A stretch of 64,000 nt of DNA from Methanocaldococcus indicus (GTDB lineage Archaea > AGJL01 > Methanococci > Methanococcales > Methanocaldococcaceae): NCBI RefSeq assembly GCF_049554935.1, contig NZ_CP186926.1, positions 320,001 through 384,000 on the forward strand. Direction: 5' to 3'. Positions 60,193 through 64,000 of this stretch are shown piece by piece. Each line of letters begins with the position of its first letter. Position 1 is the stretch's first letter. The position numbers and the translations under genes are program-made. Under the pieces are notes generated by a model. It was not told where the DNA came from and made no database searches. It saw only the letters and a program-made list of their open reading frames with translations.

Positions 60193-61614
60193 ATGGAACT
60201 ATTTTTTAAACTTAAAGAAAAAATAAAAGAAAAGGATGTTATAACTCCAAAAGAGATGGCTATAATTGATGACAATGCAGAATACTTAGGAGTTAGCAAA
60301 CTACAACTTATGGAAAATGCTGGAAAGGCAGTTTATGATGAAATTAAAAATATTAATAAATATCCTATTATCTTCTGTGGGACTGGAAACAATGGAGGAG
60401 ATGGTTTTGTTGTTGCAAGATTTTTGAATAGAGGAGAAGTTATTTTATTGGGTAAGGAAGAGGATATAAAAACTTATGAAGCAAGAGAAAACTTCAAAAT
60501 ATTAAAAAATCTTTCTATCTTTGGAAATATAAAAGTTAGGGAAGTTAAACAACTTAATGAGTTAGAAGATATATTCAAAAGGTTAGAAAAAGATGATATT
60601 TTAGTTGTTGATGCTATGCTTGGTACTGGTGTTAGAGGAGAATTAAGAGAGCCATATAAAACTGTTGTTGAAAAAATAAACTTATGTAAAGAAAAAAACA
60701 AAAATTTATATGTTGTAAGTGTTGATATTGAGACAGGAGATTTAAAATCTGATTTAGTTGTAACTTTCCATAAGAAAAAAACAATTAACAAAAAAGAGCC
60801 TGTTGTTAAAGAGATAGGCATTCCAAAAGAAGCTGAGTATATTGTTGGTTTTGGAGATTTAAGAGCTTTAAATAAAGAAAGAGGCAAACATAAAGGAAAG
60901 AATGGAAAGGTATTAATTGTTGGAGGAAGTAAGGATTATTTTGGAGCTCCTATTTTATCTGGATTAGTAAGTTTAAAATTTGTTGATTTAGTTGGGATTT
61001 TCTCAGTTAAGAAGGTTATAGAAAAAATAGAGAATCCACAATTTATTTGTTACTCAGTTGATGATGAGTATCTCTCAGTTGATTGTTTAGATTATCTCTT
61101 AGATATTTCTAAAAAGTATGATGTTATTGTATTGGGAAATGGTTTAGGAATTAATGAAAAAACTAAGGAATTTGTAAATAAATTCTTAGAGGAAACCAAT
61201 AAAAAGGTTGTTATTGATGCAGATGCTATAAAAATGATTGATTATGAAAAATTTGAATTTGAAGATAGATTTATATTTACACCACATAAAAAAGAATTTG
61301 AATATATAAAATTTAATATTGAAGAGCTTTATTCAACAATACTTTTAAAAGGTGAAAAAGATATAATATTTAACTGTGAAAATATAAAAATAAATATAAC
61401 TGGAAATTCTGGACTTACAAAAGGAGGAACTGGAGATGTTTTAGCTGGATTAACTGGCTCATTATTTGTTAAAAATGATGCCTTCCTTTCTGCATGTTGT
61501 TCAGCATTTATATTGGGATATGCTGGTGATTTATTATTAAAAGAAAAAGGATACAACTATACAACTTTGGAAGTTATTGAAAAGATTCCTAATGTTATAA
61601 AGTTGTTTATGTGA
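60193..61614 (+). CDS. nnr: Bifunctional NAD(P)HX epimerase/dehydratase
   Basis: LMENAG, GNNGGDG, DAMLGTG, HKGKNG, DADA, TPH..EF, GGTGDVLAG. Confidence 0.9.
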   Translation: MELFFKLKEKIKEKDVITPKEMAIIDDNAEYLGVSKLQLMENAGKAVYDEIKNINKYPIIFCGTGNNGGDGFVVARFLNRGEVILLGKEEDIKTYEARENFKILKNLSIFGNIKVREVKQLNELEDIFKRLEKDDILVVDAMLGTGVRGELREPYKTVVEKINLCKEKNKNLYVVSVDIETGDLKSDLVVTFHKKKTINKKEPVVKEIGIPKEAEYIVGFGDLRALNKERGKHKGKNGKVLIVGGSKDYFGAPILSGLVSLKFVDLVGIFSVKKVIEKIENPQFICYSVDDEYLSVDCLDYLLDISKKYDVIVLGNGLGINEKTKEFVNKFLEETNKKVVIDADAIKMIDYEKFEFEDRFIFTPHKKEFEYIKFNIEELYSTILLKGEKDIIFNCENIKINITGNSGLTKGGTGDVLAGLTGSLFVKNDAFLSACCSAFILGYAGDLLLKEKGYNYTTLEVIEKIPNVIKLFM

Positions 61615-61618
61615 AAGT

Positions 61619-62476
61619 ATGAAAGCTGATTTACATATTCATTCTAAGTATTCTGGTGTTGGAGGATATTGGAAATTAAAATATTTGGATTCAGTTGAAG
61701 AACCAAGAACAATATTAAAATATGCTAAAAAGAAAGGTTTAGATGTTATTGCTGTAACTGACCACAACACTATAAAAGGAGGAATAGAGACAAAAAAATT
61801 ATCTAAGGAGTTTGGAATAGATGTTATTGTTGGTTCAGAAATAATGTCAAAAGATGGAGAGATAATTGGGCTGTTTTTAAATGAAGAAATACCAAAAGGA
61901 TTATCTGCTGAGGAAACTATTGAATTAATTAAAGAGCAAGGAGGTTTAGCTATAGCACCCCATCCATATAGCCCAATATGCAAAGCGTTGGGAGACAAGA
62001 TTTTTGAGTTAGATTTGGATGGAGTTGAAGTGTTTAATGCATATCATAGAGATGGAATAATAAATAACATTGCATTAAGTAAAGTTATAAAAAACTATCA
62101 TAAAAAGCCATTTGCATTTATTGGAAGTAGTGATGCACATATATCTAAAATGATAGGTAATGCATATACACTATTTGAGGGAAATTCAGTAGATGATTTA
62201 TATAAAGCTATAAAGAATAGAAGAACATCATTTTATGGAAAACCAACACCTCTTCATCAAATAATATTATGGAGCTATAAGGTTGTATATGAAGGAGAGA
62301 AAAAGCTTTTAAAATCTTTTATATTGGAGGAAAATATAAAGTTCTATAAAAAAGTTTTAGGAGTTGTTAGTGGAGCTATATATTTAACAACACCACTCCC
62401 TATAATATCAGGAATTTTAGGGAATTACTACTTAAAATGGAAAGCTAAAAGAGTATTTTCAAACCTTACTCTTTAA
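61619..62476 (+). CDS. PHP-domain metal-dependent phosphoesterase
   Basis: DLHIHS, TDHN, PHPY, GSSDAH. Confidence 0.9.
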   Translation: MKADLHIHSKYSGVGGYWKLKYLDSVEEPRTILKYAKKKGLDVIAVTDHNTIKGGIETKKLSKEFGIDVIVGSEIMSKDGEIIGLFLNEEIPKGLSAEETIELIKEQGGLAIAPHPYSPICKALGDKIFELDLDGVEVFNAYHRDGIINNIALSKVIKNYHKKPFAFIGSSDAHISKMIGNAYTLFEGNSVDDLYKAIKNRRTSFYGKPTPLHQIILWSYKVVYEGEKKLLKSFILEENIKFYKKVLGVVSGAIYLTTPLPIISGILGNYYLKWKAKRVFSNLTL

Positions 62477-63149
62477 TAATTTCTACACCATATCTAACAA
62501 CATTGTCATTCATTAAGTATTCTCTATACTCACAAATCTTTCTTAATGTAGTTAATATTTTCCAGGAATATTCTCTATCAACTAATGTATTTAAAAATGC
62601 TCTAATATCATAAGAATTTTTTATAGTATATTTATCATAACAATCAGTTGAGACAACAACAGGAGTATCATATTTTTTAGCTAATTTTAGATTTCTTCTA
62701 AAAAATATGAGTTGTCTTGCTCTTTCATATGCATCTTTTTTTAATAGATATCCAAAATTTATCTCAATAGCTACTCTATGCTCACTGGCAAATCTTGCTA
62801 AAACATGGTCTATTCCACTATCTAATCTATTTAATTCAGGAGTTGAAAGAATATCAACATCATGCATCTCTACTGCATATCTGTTTATATCTAAGTTTCC
62901 TCCTTCAACCATTACAATATGACACTTATCTCTAAACTTTTTTACTTTCTTTCTAAGTTCTTTCTTTTTTTCAGCTCTTATCTTTACTCCACAATACACT
63001 TTTAAGTTTAATCTCTTAGCTATTTCACTAACTTCATAATATTTGTCTTTGGAAAAATCTTCACAATACTGATAATAAACAAAACCATTCCAATTAAATT
63101 TTTTAAATAGTTTTAAATCTTCCTCATTATTTAAAGTATTTATGTCCAT
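62466..63149 (-). CDS. rnp3: RNase P protein Rpp30
   Basis: VEGGNLDINR, VDIL, GIDHVLA, VAIEINF, KKYDTPVVVS; exact start uncertain (63149-63164). Confidence 0.9.
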   Translation of the reverse strand: MDINTLNNEEDLKLFKKFNWNGFVYYQYCEDFSKDKYYEVSEIAKRLNLKVYCGVKIRAEKKKELRKKVKKFRDKCHIVMVEGGNLDINRYAVEMHDVDILSTPELNRLDSGIDHVLARFASEHRVAIEINFGYLLKKDAYERARQLIFFRRNLKLAKKYDTPVVVSTDCYDKYTIKNSYDIRAFLNTLVDREYSWKILTTLRKICEYREYLMNDNVVRYGVEIIKE

Positions 63150-63402
63150 TACCATTATTACCATTGTTAATGCTCTCTACTAAATTTAATAAATATTTAA
63201 GATGTCCATTTTGGTCAATATAGAACATAATTTTATCTACAATATCATTATCATAATTTTTTAACAATCTATATATAATTAATGCTTTTAGACAATTGGA
63301 TTCTAAATTTTTGTCTATATATGCTATTTGTTTTATTAGTTTATCTATAACTATTATTTCTTCTAATTCATTTTTACCATTAGGGTCATTATCACATAAC
63401 AT
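63127..63402 (-). CDS. Hypothetical protein
   Basis: 91-aa ORF with GTGA RBS, overlapping the rnp3 start. Confidence 0.5.
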   Translation of the reverse strand: MLCDNDPNGKNELEEIIVIDKLIKQIAYIDKNLESNCLKALIIYRLLKNYDNDIVDKIMFYIDQNGHLKYLLNLVESINNGNNGNGHKYFK

Positions 63403-63561
63403 TGTATCACAATAAATAATTATGGTAAGTCATCATTAATATAATTTATTTGCAATTTTCTATATAGATGCTTATGTAGGTTTTTGTAGAAACTCTATTG
63501 CACAATATATATTAAAATATTTATTAAAATTGTAAATATGTGTATATTAGATTTACTAATA

Positions 63562-64000
63562 TTATGTGTGGATATTAAATTTTATATTATGTCCATACAA
63601 AAACAATAAAGCTGAGGCAGTAAGTTTTTTACTTTTGTTTGTATATTTTTTACCATTAATTTCTATTGAAAATTTTTTGTTATCAACAATATCAACATCA
63701 AAGAATATATTTTCAAACTCTTCAAATATTGCATCTTTTAATGGATTAAAAGTTTTTAACTCTTTATATGTGAGCTCTTTAACAATAAATCCAGTATATC
63801 CATGGAGTGAGTTAATAACTCTCAGTAATCTAATATCATCTTCCATAACTTTCTTATCTAACTCAATACTCTTCAATTCTTCAATAGTTTTATATATTTT
63901 ATTTTGTGTAGTTTCCTTATATTTCTTTATAATGCTTTCTAAATTTTTATTATTAAGAAATTTTTTTTCATTCTTTATTATTCCTTTTTCCTTTAATTTT
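63562..64000 (-). CDS. Hypothetical protein; 5' end outside the window
   Basis: Frame stays open from the track's TTG (63876) to the window edge (KLKEKGIIKNEKKF...KTIEELKSIEL). Confidence 0.7.
   Translation of the reverse strand, partial: KLKEKGIIKNEKKFLNNKNLESIIKKYKETTQNKIYKTIEELKSIELDKKVMEDDIRLLRVINSLHGYTGFIVKELTYKELKTFNPLKDAIFEEFENIFFDVDIVDNKKFSIEINGKKYTNKSKKLTASALLFLYGHNIKFNIHT

Overview
AT-rich, gene-dense archaeal chromosome segment. Gene content (hcgB/C/E, Hmd paralog, AksA, CfbB/CbiA, YcaO, split rpoB''/B'/A'/A'', single thermosome, archaellin) points to a hyperthermophilic Methanocaldococcus-like methanogen; the species cannot be fixed from the sequence. Most genes are housekeeping. 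The ORF track misses the 5' part of a type III CRISPR cas10/csm1 at the left edge, a two-hairpin box H/ACA guide RNA (7560-7712), a dual-guide box C/D sRNA (42176-42238), two tRNA-Gly genes, a 57-aa AtpZ/AtpI-like ORF and a probable ATA-initiated gene. Read by the standard pairing rules, both guide RNAs predict specific 23S rRNA targets. Other highlights: an RtcB carrying two related inteins 25 aa apart, a decaying intein in rpoA'', a Pcc1/Pcc2-like domain fused to a GNAT acetyltransferase, a broken RNAP-ribosomal superoperon, and an orphan archaellin next to a CheF-like gene. All calls come from reading motifs and remembered family knowledge; no searches were run.
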